Shown in pieces: positions 55,319 to 64,000 of a DNA stretch of 64,000 bases. The notes under the pieces were generated by a model, which saw nothing but the letters and a program-made list of their open reading frames with translations, made no database searches and was not told the origin of the DNA. Numbering within the stretch: the first letter of the stretch is position 1; the number at the start of each line of letters is the position of its first letter. Origin of the DNA: a virus. A program made the position numbers and the translations under genes. The stretch covers positions 2,824 through 66,823 of the IMG/VR virus record IMGVR_UViG_3300027719_000004, one strand, 5' to 3'.

Positions 55319-55947
55319 GTATTATATGGCAAAAGGGTTCTTCCTATACATACAAGTATTCGTCCCCCGACTACCCAGTGTTGGACGACGACTGGACAGG
55401 CAAGATGGATATTTATAGTCAGTACCCAAACGTATTAACCGCTACGGTACAGATGGTTCGCAGTGGCAACGATATGATACTTAGTGTTTCCCTTGAAGAT
55501 GTTTCTGCTCTGCAGGACGGTATGTATACCGCCGTATCAAGCATCACTAATGAGATCACCGGAGAGTCAGTAGGTTTGCTTGCGTATGTCACCGTGGCGG
55601 GAGTCAGCCTGCTGGTAGACAAGACATCCATAACAATGACGATCTTAAAAATAGACGGCACACCAGCAGGTAAAGAAACTCGTACACTTACCAATACAGT
55701 AGATGGTGCTGTTATAACTCTTGGCTGGGATGGTGTGCAGGTTACAGCCTCGCACCCTGTGGCAGATGAAATATCAGGTGCTATCATCGGTACTGAAACC
55801 ATATCCACAAAAACCAACGCTGCTGGCTATGCTCAGCTTGCTGTCATTAAGGGCTCAACTGTTACCGTGTCCTGCCCCTCTTTTGGCAAAACGGTAGAAG
55901 TCAATACCACCGGACTCGACACGATAGACCTTTCAACGCACTTCTAA
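55315..55947 (+). CDS. Two-domain Ig-like structural protein
   Basis: L..G.Y motif; TNAAGYA.L...G carboxypeptidase-regulatory-like end. Confidence 0.55.
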   Translation: MSIIWQKGSSYTYKYSSPDYPVLDDDWTGKMDIYSQYPNVLTATVQMVRSGNDMILSVSLEDVSALQDGMYTAVSSITNEITGESVGLLAYVTVAGVSLLVDKTSITMTILKIDGTPAGKETRTLTNTVDGAVITLGWDGVQVTASHPVADEISGAIIGTETISTKTNAAGYAQLAVIKGSTVTVSCPSFGKTVEVNTTGLDTIDLSTHF

Positions 55948-55958
55948 AGGAGTAACGT

Positions 55959-57251
55959 ATGGCTACCCTTCCCATATTACCAGCCCAGCCAGAGGTAGAC
56001 CCGTCTGGAGACTACGCCAGAGCGCAGGCGTGGGCTATGCTGCAAGCCAGATATGCCGACGCTGGCAACTACGCTGTCTGGGCAACACAAGTCCTTGAGC
56101 AGATGACCAACGAGCTGAAGGTCATCACCACCACCGATAACGTAAGCGGTGAGCTACAAAGCCTGCTTGATCTGCTTGGCAACGTACCGGCCTTTGACTT
56201 CAATGCCATTGCCGACTATGTGGCTCCAACAGCTCCGACCTATACCGCCATTCCGGGGTACACCGCACCAACGCTCGGCACTATCACAGCGGTTCCAGAA
56301 CTGTCGTCCATTGTGATACCGGATACGCCGACTACATCGTTGGACTTCACCAACGTAGCTTTCACAGACACGTTGCTGACAAGCCTTAAAGCCCGCCTTG
56401 CTGCTGACATAGCCGGAGTGGAAGCTGCAGAAGCAGCCATGTTTGCTCGGCATGAAGGCCGTGTGGCTTCTGAGCGCACCAAGGCTTACAACGAGATCAC
56501 CACTCAGTTCTCTTCTGGTGGATGGGATATGCCGCCCGGAGCATTGCTTGCCAAGCAGACAGAGATGAACAACGAATCCAGCAAACGCCTGACCGACGTG
56601 TCTGCTGATATTATGATGACCTCTGTTAAAGAGTCCCTGAACAGCGCCATGCAGTTACTGGATCTGTTGGGCAGGCTGCATGATAGTAATACCTTGCGTG
56701 ACTTTGAAGATGCCAAGACCACCGCACAGCTTGCTCTGGACGGCTTCAAGACCACGGTAGAGGGCTTACTTGGCGTGGCACAGGTAGACAAAGCCCGCGT
56801 TGATGCGGTGGTGGCCTCAAACGATGGCACGGTGAAGCTGTATCTGGGACAGATCGAGGCACAGACCGCTCCGATGAAAGCCATTGCCGATTCCAATCAG
56901 TCGCAGGCTCAAGCCTACTCAGCCGCAGTGTCAGGAGCTGGAGCAGCGGTACAGGCGTCAGCAACTCCAGAAGAGCTGAAGTTAAAAGCTATGGGGGTGC
57001 AGGGAGATATTGCTGGCAAGGCTGCAAGCCTAGCAATAGAAGCCTCATTACGTGAGGCAACAGCTCAAATAGAAACACTCAAGGGGCTTTCGCAATCTGC
57101 TATGCAGATGATCGCTTCTGCTATGAACAGCGTATCTAGTTCTACCAGCTTCGGGTTCGGTGGCTCTGCTGGTACGAGTTACGATGGTGACATCTCTACG
57201 AAGTCTGCCGATAAGCGGTACGCTATTGATAACGGTATAGCCCCAGCTTGA
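55959..57251 (+). CDS. Internal virion/ejection protein (helical)
   Basis: Ala/Gln-rich coiled coil; FSS.GW.MPPG motif. Confidence 0.6.
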   Translation: MATLPILPAQPEVDPSGDYARAQAWAMLQARYADAGNYAVWATQVLEQMTNELKVITTTDNVSGELQSLLDLLGNVPAFDFNAIADYVAPTAPTYTAIPGYTAPTLGTITAVPELSSIVIPDTPTTSLDFTNVAFTDTLLTSLKARLAADIAGVEAAEAAMFARHEGRVASERTKAYNEITTQFSSGGWDMPPGALLAKQTEMNNESSKRLTDVSADIMMTSVKESLNSAMQLLDLLGRLHDSNTLRDFEDAKTTAQLALDGFKTTVEGLLGVAQVDKARVDAVVASNDGTVKLYLGQIEAQTAPMKAIADSNQSQAQAYSAAVSGAGAAVQASATPEELKLKAMGVQGDIAGKAASLAIEASLREATAQIETLKGLSQSAMQMIASAMNSVSSSTSFGFGGSAGTSYDGDISTKSADKRYAIDNGIAPA

Positions 57252-57313
57252 TAATGGTTGATGTTACACCCCAGAAGGAAGTATTATGCTGACAACATGT
57301 TTGGAGGTACTCA

Positions 57314-58936
57314 ATGGGAATCAATAAAGACGGATCTATACAGCTGGACGACAGCTCTATCACGGCTATGGATAACGCAACCAAGAACGGCTACAGCCCC
57401 TCTGAGGCGGCCAAGTTTGGTGTCTCATCCAGCAACACAGGATGGGTAGGTGGCACCCCAGACTCTACTCCAACTCGGCCAGCCATTACTTCCACTAGGG
57501 GTATGGGGGAGATACAGCATTACTCGGCACCGACAACCGACTACAACCAGCCTGTCGGCATGAGTGGCCAAGCAGCAGCCCTGACTGATCAAGGTTTCAA
57601 ACAAATGCGCCTCAACGGCACTGGCACTCCCGGACTGGCAGCTGGCGGACAGCCTCCCAAGTCCAAAGCAGGTATCATCCCCGGAAAACGTAACGACAAG
57701 GTTGCTGACGATACGTTGATCAAAGCCAAAAAGGGTGAGTACATTATCCCTACTGAGGCTCTTGACATATACGGGGCCGCCTTCTTTGATCGGCTCGTTA
57801 AACAGGCCAAGAAGATGAAAGGTGTCCCCGCAGTAGTCGGACCCAAGACTGGGAATACTGACAGTCAAGGTAGGAAAGACGCTGGGGCTGCAGCTAAGGC
57901 CAATGCACTGGGCTTCGCTAAAGGCGGCTGGTTTGGGGCTTTGGTCCCAGATGCCGATGGCACAGAATCTGGGGCTAACGAAAGTACGGCAACCGCAGAC
58001 AACCCGTACTCGGGCCCTGACCGTTCTGGGCGGACCATGTCTAAAGGAGAATACTATGCCTTGCCAGCCGACCAGCGACCAATGTCTAGGTTCGTGCCTA
58101 CCGCTTCCGCACCTGCCGCTGCCGCTCCGGCTCAAGCCCCAGCCGCAACCGCTCAACAAAAGCCAGCTCTCCCTGCCGCAGTACCACCGGTAGACAAAGA
58201 CGCAGCAGCGTGGGCCCAGACAGAAAAAGACGACGCACTTGAGAAGTCAGCCTATGCCGCTGGCCAGAATAACCCAGCCATTAAGATGGATACCGTCAAT
58301 CGCCCCACCTTCAATAGCCCTGTCAGGGAAGACGCAGCTGCCATGGCCAAGAGGCTACTTGCCAATTACCAAGGTGGACCGGTCCTGCCTGAGCTGAGTA
58401 TCAGGGACGCTGCATTTGTGGGTAAGGCTAACATGAACAACCCTAGCTACAAGAACGCTATGGCAGCGAAGGCCGTGCATGAGTCCAAGCTAGGAAACGC
58501 TCTCACCCAGTTCAAGGCACAGCAGGACGCAGCCATGAACAGCAATAAGGGTGGAGTAGATATGTACCAGTCTAACAATGCCCTTGAAGGCCACAACAAC
58601 GCAGCTACTTCACAGCTCTACGGCGCAGACAAGACAGCTGCTACTCACAAGTATACAGCAGACATGACTGCCTCTGTGGCAAACAAGAAGATGGCGCTGG
58701 ATCAACAGACCGGCAAGGATGCCAAGCGGTCCGACTCCATAAAAGCCCTGAGCTCTCTGGTAGAGTCTGGTTCAAAAGAATTGGCAACAATGATGCCCGG
58801 ACCAGAAAGGGATGCTGCTATAGCAAACCACAATAAGTACAAGGCCCAGCTTGCAGCATTGGGTGGCGGAGAAGAGCCAGCTAAAGCCCCGCCTGCTGGG
58901 GCTCCTTCTCTGGACAGCTTCAAGACAAAAAAATAA
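57314..58936 (+). CDS. Internal virion/ejection protein
   Basis: Low-complexity Ala/Gly/Pro; GIIPG.....DD......GEYIIP motif; RBS GGAGG. Confidence 0.6.
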   Translation: MGINKDGSIQLDDSSITAMDNATKNGYSPSEAAKFGVSSSNTGWVGGTPDSTPTRPAITSTRGMGEIQHYSAPTTDYNQPVGMSGQAAALTDQGFKQMRLNGTGTPGLAAGGQPPKSKAGIIPGKRNDKVADDTLIKAKKGEYIIPTEALDIYGAAFFDRLVKQAKKMKGVPAVVGPKTGNTDSQGRKDAGAAAKANALGFAKGGWFGALVPDADGTESGANESTATADNPYSGPDRSGRTMSKGEYYALPADQRPMSRFVPTASAPAAAAPAQAPAATAQQKPALPAAVPPVDKDAAAWAQTEKDDALEKSAYAAGQNNPAIKMDTVNRPTFNSPVREDAAAMAKRLLANYQGGPVLPELSIRDAAFVGKANMNNPSYKNAMAAKAVHESKLGNALTQFKAQQDAAMNSNKGGVDMYQSNNALEGHNNAATSQLYGADKTAATHKYTADMTASVANKKMALDQQTGKDAKRSDSIKALSSLVESGSKELATMMPGPERDAAIANHNKYKAQLAALGGGEEPAKAPPAGAPSLDSFKTKK

Positions 58937-58954
58937 CTTGTGGGAGCACAAACT

Positions 58955-61900
58955 ATGGGCTTCGATTATGAAGGCGCTAAGGCAGCAGGATATTCTGACG
59001 ACCACATAGCAGACTACCTTGGGAAGAGCGAAGGGTTCGATGTAGCTGGGGCACGCAAAGCTGGCTACAGCGGTTCAGACATAGTCAAGCATCTCACGCA
59101 AAACAGACCCCCAGCCCCAGAAACTTCCTCCTTTGCCCGTCGTGCTCTGGGGGATACGGCTGTCTCTACTGTCAAGGGCGCTGTCGGTCTGGTCCAGTCT
59201 GGAGTAGGTATCGCTGACATAGCCACAGGTGGTCACGTCGGCAAGGCTATAGAAGACTATACTCCCATTCAGCTGAAACAGACCCAGACCCTGCTTGACG
59301 ATATGTATTCCCCTGAGCAAAAGGCTGCCAATCAGTATGTGGCAGACGCCAAAGGGTTCGGCGGAAAAGTTAAGGCCCTAATAGATCGTCCGTCTGTTGC
59401 TTTGCACGGTGCCATAGAATCGGCTCCTTCAATGTTGGGCGGGGCAGGAATAGGCCGTGTTGCTGCCAAGGTTGCTCCCAAGCTGGTAGGAGGTGCTGCA
59501 AATGCGTACAGAGCAGCCGCGCTTGGCGAAGGGGCTTACTCTGCTGGGTCACTGGCCGAGGGCATGCGTGAGCAGAATGCTGAGGGCCTTCTTACTGCCG
59601 GTCAGGCCGCCGCTTCAGTATTGGGTGGCGTAGGTACTGGCGTTATAGGTGCCGCTTCAGGAAAGCTGCAAAAGAAACTTGGATGGGATGATGTAGAAGC
59701 CTCGCTCATCAACAAGGCAGCTATCGGAGACAAGAAGAAATCACTTGCTACCCGCATGATCCAAGGGGGTGTATCCGAAGGTGCTATTGAAGAGATGCCC
59801 CAGTCTATGTGGGAAAAAGGTGCTGAGAATCTTGGCACTGGCAAGCAGTACACCGATGGTATGCTTGAGGCTGGTGCAGAAGGCCTTATCACTGGCGGAC
59901 TTATGGGCGTAGGTGGTGGTGGTTACCAGCATCTGGCTGCCAAACAAGATAAGCAGGACTCCCCATTTACCCAAGAACAGTTACGTGCAGCTGCCCGTGA
60001 GCAGTGGCCTGAAGCAAAGAATCTGACTGATGCCGAGGTTGACGCATTGGCTGCTCAACGTGGTGCCAAGATCAGGCAGCAACCGGTTGGCCCTGACACT
60101 GACATGTTGCAGATAGGCTATGACCCGCTGCTTGGCGACAAGTCCCGTGTTTGGGGCGAATCAGCTGCTATCTCCCCATCAGCAAAAGACGTGATGCAGC
60201 CCATCAAGTTAACTGATGCCGACATACTAGGAGACACCATAGACGGTGAGTATGAGGATGTCCCCGCCCAGTTGGCTCTGCCAGCCCCTAAGCGCAACAA
60301 CGCTATAATGGTTGACCCGGCCGGTAACGCATTGGCCGGAAGCGGAATGGCTGACCAACTCAAGCAACCCATTGAAGCTCTTAACGCACAGATGGCACAA
60401 AGGCAGGCCATACCTAATTCGGCAGCGAAGATAAATGCCATACCGGAAGCTAAAGGGACTCCCGATAAACTACAGGTAACCAACGCTGACCCCCGTCAGA
60501 TGGCCATTAACACAGCTGACACGACTATTCATAACGGGCCAGCGAAAGATGGCAGCGCAACAGTAGCACCGACGCAACCGGCCATACCTGTCTGGGATGC
60601 GTTGTCAGCACGACTGCAGCAGATTGACGCAGATCACCAATCTGGTTCTATGCCTGATGCCAGTTACAATGCCGCCAAGAAGAGTATCAACGTGGCAATG
60701 AGGAACGAGATCGAGCGGTTGCGGCTGGAGCACGCCAAGTCTCAGCTTGAAGCCAAGATGGCCCCCAAGCCTATCGTAGACCCGAGCGCACCGACACCAT
60801 CCACCAAAGAAGTTGTGGGTGTTGAGGGATATAAACAAAAAGGAGACTCATCATGGCAAAAGGCGGATTCCCAATCGCAGCAGGAAAAGGCAAACCCAAC
60901 CCCTTCGCAAAAGGTGGTGTATCCCCAGCAATCCCCGGAGGCAAGCCCTTCGGTGGAAAAGAAAAAGGCCCCTGCAAAAAAGGCGGTAAGAAGTAAAGCA
61001 GCACCAGCTGATGTGCCAAGTGCACAAACTGTAACGCCTCCGGTTGAGTCTACGCCGGAGGTAGCTGCTCCTAAGAAGCCCTCAAAGAAGACCGCCATAT
61101 CCAAGTCAGCAGAAGCCCACAAGGCTAAACAAAAAGAGGTAGCTCCAGCTCCTGCTGAGGCCGTCAAGGAAGTTAAATCTAAACCCGTGCCTGATGCCAA
61201 GGCTGAGGTCGCTAAATCGGCTGGCAAGCCATTCCAGATAAAGACGGAAGGCGGTGACACGGTATCGGTACAGGCCAAAGACAAGAACACCGCTAAAAGA
61301 ATGGTGGCCATGGCTGAAGCGCAAGATGCCATACCGTACCTGAAGCGAGAAATACAAAAGGCCAAGGACAAAAACCGTGACGCAGGGTATATAAAAGACC
61401 TTGAGACTAACTTGTCTGAAGCCAGAGACACGGTGGCCAAGAGCAAGACTGATGGTATCGAAGCCCCCACTGATTGGGGCATGGACGCCAACGATAATAA
61501 CCAAGAGGCTGAACTGGCTGATGTCAAGGATACCGATGTCAGATCCAATAAGTGGTCTGTGGCTGGAGACAAGAAAGACCGCACCTACACCAGAAACCAG
61601 TTCAGAGCCAAGCTGGCCAAGGAGCGCGCTCTTGCGACTCTTAACTCTCAGAAGCTGAGAGAGTGGGCCAAGGGCAAGGCTGGCATCAATATCTGGGATA
61701 GCTCCTCTGAAATGAACGAGAGCAATTCTGCGCTGGTTGACCGCAAGCCACTCAAGTCCAGTATGTCTGGAGATATGGCTGAAGGTTTCTACGACACCAA
61801 GACTGGCCAGATCCACATCTTCGCCAATGCTATTGCCAATATCACCATGGGCAACCAAAGCAGGTTGTCCTATGTCTTCTCCCACGAACTGAGCCACAGG

Positions 61901-64000
61901 GGATTGCGGTCTCTCTTTGGAGATAAGCTGAACCTGCAACTGTCTGCTGTCTATGCTGCCAACAAATCTACAATAGAAGCTGGACTCCCTAGTCTAAACT
62001 CTGTTAGGGCCAAGGCCAAGATAGCACCCATTAACACCGATACGTTTGCTGGACGTCTTGAGGCTGCTGACGAGTATCTGGCTACGCTGGCTGGACTAAA
62101 TGCGGAGCAGCGACTTGGGCCAGTATCCAGACTTCTGGCTGCCGTCAGAAACCTGATGCGTAATATCGGATTCAAGCTGGAGCTCACCGATAACGACATC
62201 CTGTCTATGGCTGGGAGATCCAAGGCTGCAGGTAAGACTGTATCTGCCGAGATCGCCGATCAAAAAGGTGTAGGGCTTGACGAAACTCCTAAGAAGTCGT
62301 ATGATAAGAACGTAAACAGTATTGGTGTAGGCGGAAACATAGAAGTTGCCCCTAATCCAGACGATACAGCAGCTGACGCCCAGTGGTCCGCAATGCCTGA
62401 GGGCGACAAGTACCGTATCACCGGCCTGATGATGAAAGAGTTTGCTGGGCCGGTTCTTGAGGAGTTCGGGTTTAAAGAGGGCAGAGATTACACGATCTCT
62501 TATATTAAGGGGGCATACGGCTCAGGGATCAACCCGTCTACGGACATAGTGTTCAAGAACCCTGCCCTGAAGTCGTACACCAAAGTAAGGGAAGCCATTC
62601 AGGCTCTCGGCGGGGTGCTGAGACAAAAAGAAGTGGTGGTGTACGACACCTTTGATTCAAAGCATGAAGACGCTTCTCACTTCACAGCGGTAACGGCGGT
62701 AGAAGGCAATATTGACGGCTTGTACGAGGCATTGCAGCAACAGTTCCCTCAGATGGTAGAGGGGGCCACTATTCGCGGCAATATGATGGCAATAGGTAAC
62801 TTCACTCGTTTCGGCGATAATCCGGTGAGTGACACAGAGTTCCACCAAATGATCAAAGATGTAGCAGATAAGCATGACGGAAAATACAAGCTGGATGGAT
62901 TCAAGTTCAGGTCTGAACTACTTGAATCAACCAAACTGGAGGCAGAAGATGGCAGTGATAGAGGACAACAGTTACGGACCGGGCAGCGCGAAGTTTTTTC
63001 AGGACTTACTCGGGAAGGGCGGCTTCGTGCCACACAGGCCAAAGCAGACGCAAGACTCGCAGAGCACATCAAATCCGCAGAGTCAGGCAAACGCTACTCA
63101 GCCAATCCCGCAGGACTGGATGGATCAGATGGCTCAAGAGTTCAGAGAACAGATGAGCGGGGATTCCCAGTCAGGGCAGATGGACGCTACGAACTCACCC
63201 ACTGGAGCAGCAAACAAGGGCTGACCGAACTTGACCCGTCTTTCCACGGCAACGGCATCAGTGGGGCAGAGTCGAAGCGCAAGAAGAACGACCCATCCAA
63301 CTGGGTAGACCGCACATACTTTGGGCTTACCGATGGAGACCGTGGGTATAAGAAAGAGCCCGGACTAGGTTCTGCAAAATACGTTGCCAGCATAGACCCG
63401 AAAGAGCTGTACGATTTTGGTGCTGATCCAGACGGGCTGAAACCTAAGTCCATGGACTGGGGACAGTTCAGTTACTCAAAATATGAGAAGCTGGTCAAAG
63501 AAGCTGGCTACAAAGGGTATATAGTAGATCACCCACAGCTGGGTCATGTGGCAGCGCTATTTGATAAAGTGGCTCCAGAATCACACATTGACGAGACCAC
63601 TGGAGATAAGAGATATTCAGCACCTTCTGAAGATGCGTTCCCAGTAGCTGGTATAGCCGGAGTGCGGCAGCTCTTCGCAAAGCGTATGGCTGATTCGATG
63701 TCCGCAATGGGTTACGACTTCAAGATGTCTACACGCACGTTGAAGTACGCAGATGATCACCGGTCTTACAAAATACAATACACGGTAAGCCGCAATGGCG
63801 AAGAGCTCCTGATAGCTGACAGAGCCATTTATGAGAGCGAGACATACAACGGTAAGCTGGTCGCCCTGTTATCACAAGCAAATGGTCTGGTTGTTAAGGA
63901 TGGCAGAAGGACCTCAAAGCAGGCTTACAAAGACATAGCAGCTGCGGAACTTACCCACCTTTCTGACTTGGTGGATATTGTCCAGTCGTCCCTGCTTGGG
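58955..64000 (+). CDS. Giant polyvalent virion protein (>1680 aa, 3'-truncated) with zincin-like HExxH and ART-like domains
   Basis: Not in the ORF track because it has no stop in the window; starts MGFDYEGAKAAGYSDDHIADYL; in-frame SHELSHRGL at 61880-61906 and THWS..DP..HG.G..GAE..TYFG..LYD..DP..AGYKGY at 63180-63580. Confidence 0.8.
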   Translation, partial: MGFDYEGAKAAGYSDDHIADYLGKSEGFDVAGARKAGYSGSDIVKHLTQNRPPAPETSSFARRALGDTAVSTVKGAVGLVQSGVGIADIATGGHVGKAIEDYTPIQLKQTQTLLDDMYSPEQKAANQYVADAKGFGGKVKALIDRPSVALHGAIESAPSMLGGAGIGRVAAKVAPKLVGGAANAYRAAALGEGAYSAGSLAEGMREQNAEGLLTAGQAAASVLGGVGTGVIGAASGKLQKKLGWDDVEASLINKAAIGDKKKSLATRMIQGGVSEGAIEEMPQSMWEKGAENLGTGKQYTDGMLEAGAEGLITGGLMGVGGGGYQHLAAKQDKQDSPFTQEQLRAAAREQWPEAKNLTDAEVDALAAQRGAKIRQQPVGPDTDMLQIGYDPLLGDKSRVWGESAAISPSAKDVMQPIKLTDADILGDTIDGEYEDVPAQLALPAPKRNNAIMVDPAGNALAGSGMADQLKQPIEALNAQMAQRQAIPNSAAKINAIPEAKGTPDKLQVTNADPRQMAINTADTTIHNGPAKDGSATVAPTQPAIPVWDALSARLQQIDADHQSGSMPDASYNAAKKSINVAMRNEIERLRLEHAKSQLEAKMAPKPIVDPSAPTPSTKEVVGVEGYKQKGDSSWQKADSQSQQEKANPTPSQKVVYPQQSPEASPSVEKKKAPAKKAVRSKAAPADVPSAQTVTPPVESTPEVAAPKKPSKKTAISKSAEAHKAKQKEVAPAPAEAVKEVKSKPVPDAKAEVAKSAGKPFQIKTEGGDTVSVQAKDKNTAKRMVAMAEAQDAIPYLKREIQKAKDKNRDAGYIKDLETNLSEARDTVAKSKTDGIEAPTDWGMDANDNNQEAELADVKDTDVRSNKWSVAGDKKDRTYTRNQFRAKLAKERALATLNSQKLREWAKGKAGINIWDSSSEMNESNSALVDRKPLKSSMSGDMAEGFYDTKTGQIHIFANAIANITMGNQSRLSYVFSHELSHRGLRSLFGDKLNLQLSAVYAANKSTIEAGLPSLNSVRAKAKIAPINTDTFAGRLEAADEYLATLAGLNAEQRLGPVSRLLAAVRNLMRNIGFKLELTDNDILSMAGRSKAAGKTVSAEIADQKGVGLDETPKKSYDKNVNSIGVGGNIEVAPNPDDTAADAQWSAMPEGDKYRITGLMMKEFAGPVLEEFGFKEGRDYTISYIKGAYGSGINPSTDIVFKNPALKSYTKVREAIQALGGVLRQKEVVVYDTFDSKHEDASHFTAVTAVEGNIDGLYEALQQQFPQMVEGATIRGNMMAIGNFTRFGDNPVSDTEFHQMIKDVADKHDGKYKLDGFKFRSELLESTKLEAEDGSDRGQQLRTGQREVFSGLTREGRLRATQAKADARLAEHIKSAESGKRYSANPAGLDGSDGSRVQRTDERGFPVRADGRYELTHWSSKQGLTELDPSFHGNGISGAESKRKKNDPSNWVDRTYFGLTDGDRGYKKEPGLGSAKYVASIDPKELYDFGADPDGLKPKSMDWGQFSYSKYEKLVKEAGYKGYIVDHPQLGHVAALFDKVAPESHIDETTGDKRYSAPSEDAFPVAGIAGVRQLFAKRMADSMSAMGYDFKMSTRTLKYADDHRSYKIQYTVSRNGEELLIADRAIYESETYNGKLVALLSQANGLVVKDGRRTSKQAYKDIAAAELTHLSDLVDIVQSSLLG
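60853..60996 (+). CDS. Nested 47-aa basic Gly/Lys/Pro protein in an alternative frame
   Basis: RBS AAAAGGAGA; MAKGGFPIAAGKGKPNPFAKGGVSPAIPGGKPFGGKEKGPCKKGGKK. Confidence 0.5.
   Translation: MAKGGFPIAAGKGKPNPFAKGGVSPAIPGGKPFGGKEKGPCKKGGKK
62949..63224 (+). CDS. Nested 91-aa Gln/Ser-rich protein in an alternative frame
   Basis: RBS GGAGG 6 nt before the ATG; lies in a linker of the giant ORF. Confidence 0.4.
   Translation: MAVIEDNSYGPGSAKFFQDLLGKGGFVPHRPKQTQDSQSTSNPQSQANATQPIPQDWMDQMAQEFREQMSGDSQSGQMDATNSPTGAANKG

Noticed and set aside
4225-55947. Diversity-generating retroelement acting on tail fibres
   Set aside because: No reverse transcriptase ORF and no near-identical template/variable repeat pair differing at adenines was seen
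59075-63707. Many minus-strand ORFs in the track
   Set aside because: Antisense shadows of the giant + strand ORF, without RBS or recognisable motifs
1-64000. Stop-codon reassignment
   Set aside because: Core genes translate full length and tightly coupled under the standard bacterial code

Overview
The window is most of the genome of a temperate, podovirus-type tailed phage, read in a circularly permuted order. It starts in the LPD38-type C-terminal end of a giant polyvalent virion protein (1-1447). A giant ORF that runs off the right edge (58955->64000) is probably the N-terminal part of the same gene. Between them lie: a lysis cassette (M15 endolysin, membrane proteins, spanin pair); tail-fibre/adhesin module 1; an attP-like site containing the 3' half of a tRNA-Cys; a small leftward block with an ADP-ribosylglycohydrolase; a tyrosine integrase and divergent genetic switch; YqaJ/RecT/SSB recombination genes; an antirepressor; replication genes (initiator with iterons, helicase, CHC2 Zn finger, HU); a leftward accessory operon ending in an AAA/DUF3150-like/VWA module; and a late region (terminase, portal, scaffold, capsid, adaptor, nozzle, tail-fibre module 2, ejection proteins). 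The most striking observations: (1) three integron-type gene cassettes with matching core/inverse-core sites and attC folds at 27.5-28.5 kb, whose genes point opposite to the usual cassette orientation and are read from the phage operon; (2) seven co-oriented copies of an asymmetric 14-bp motif at gene junctions; (3) a possible ADP-ribose writer (virion protein) / eraser (lysogeny region) pair; (4) a ClpX-Zn-finger/DUF2829 (Tad2-like) fusion; (5) small genes nested inside the giant ORF; (6) several structured intergenic RNA candidates. All family calls come from motif recognition by eye; no database searches were run.
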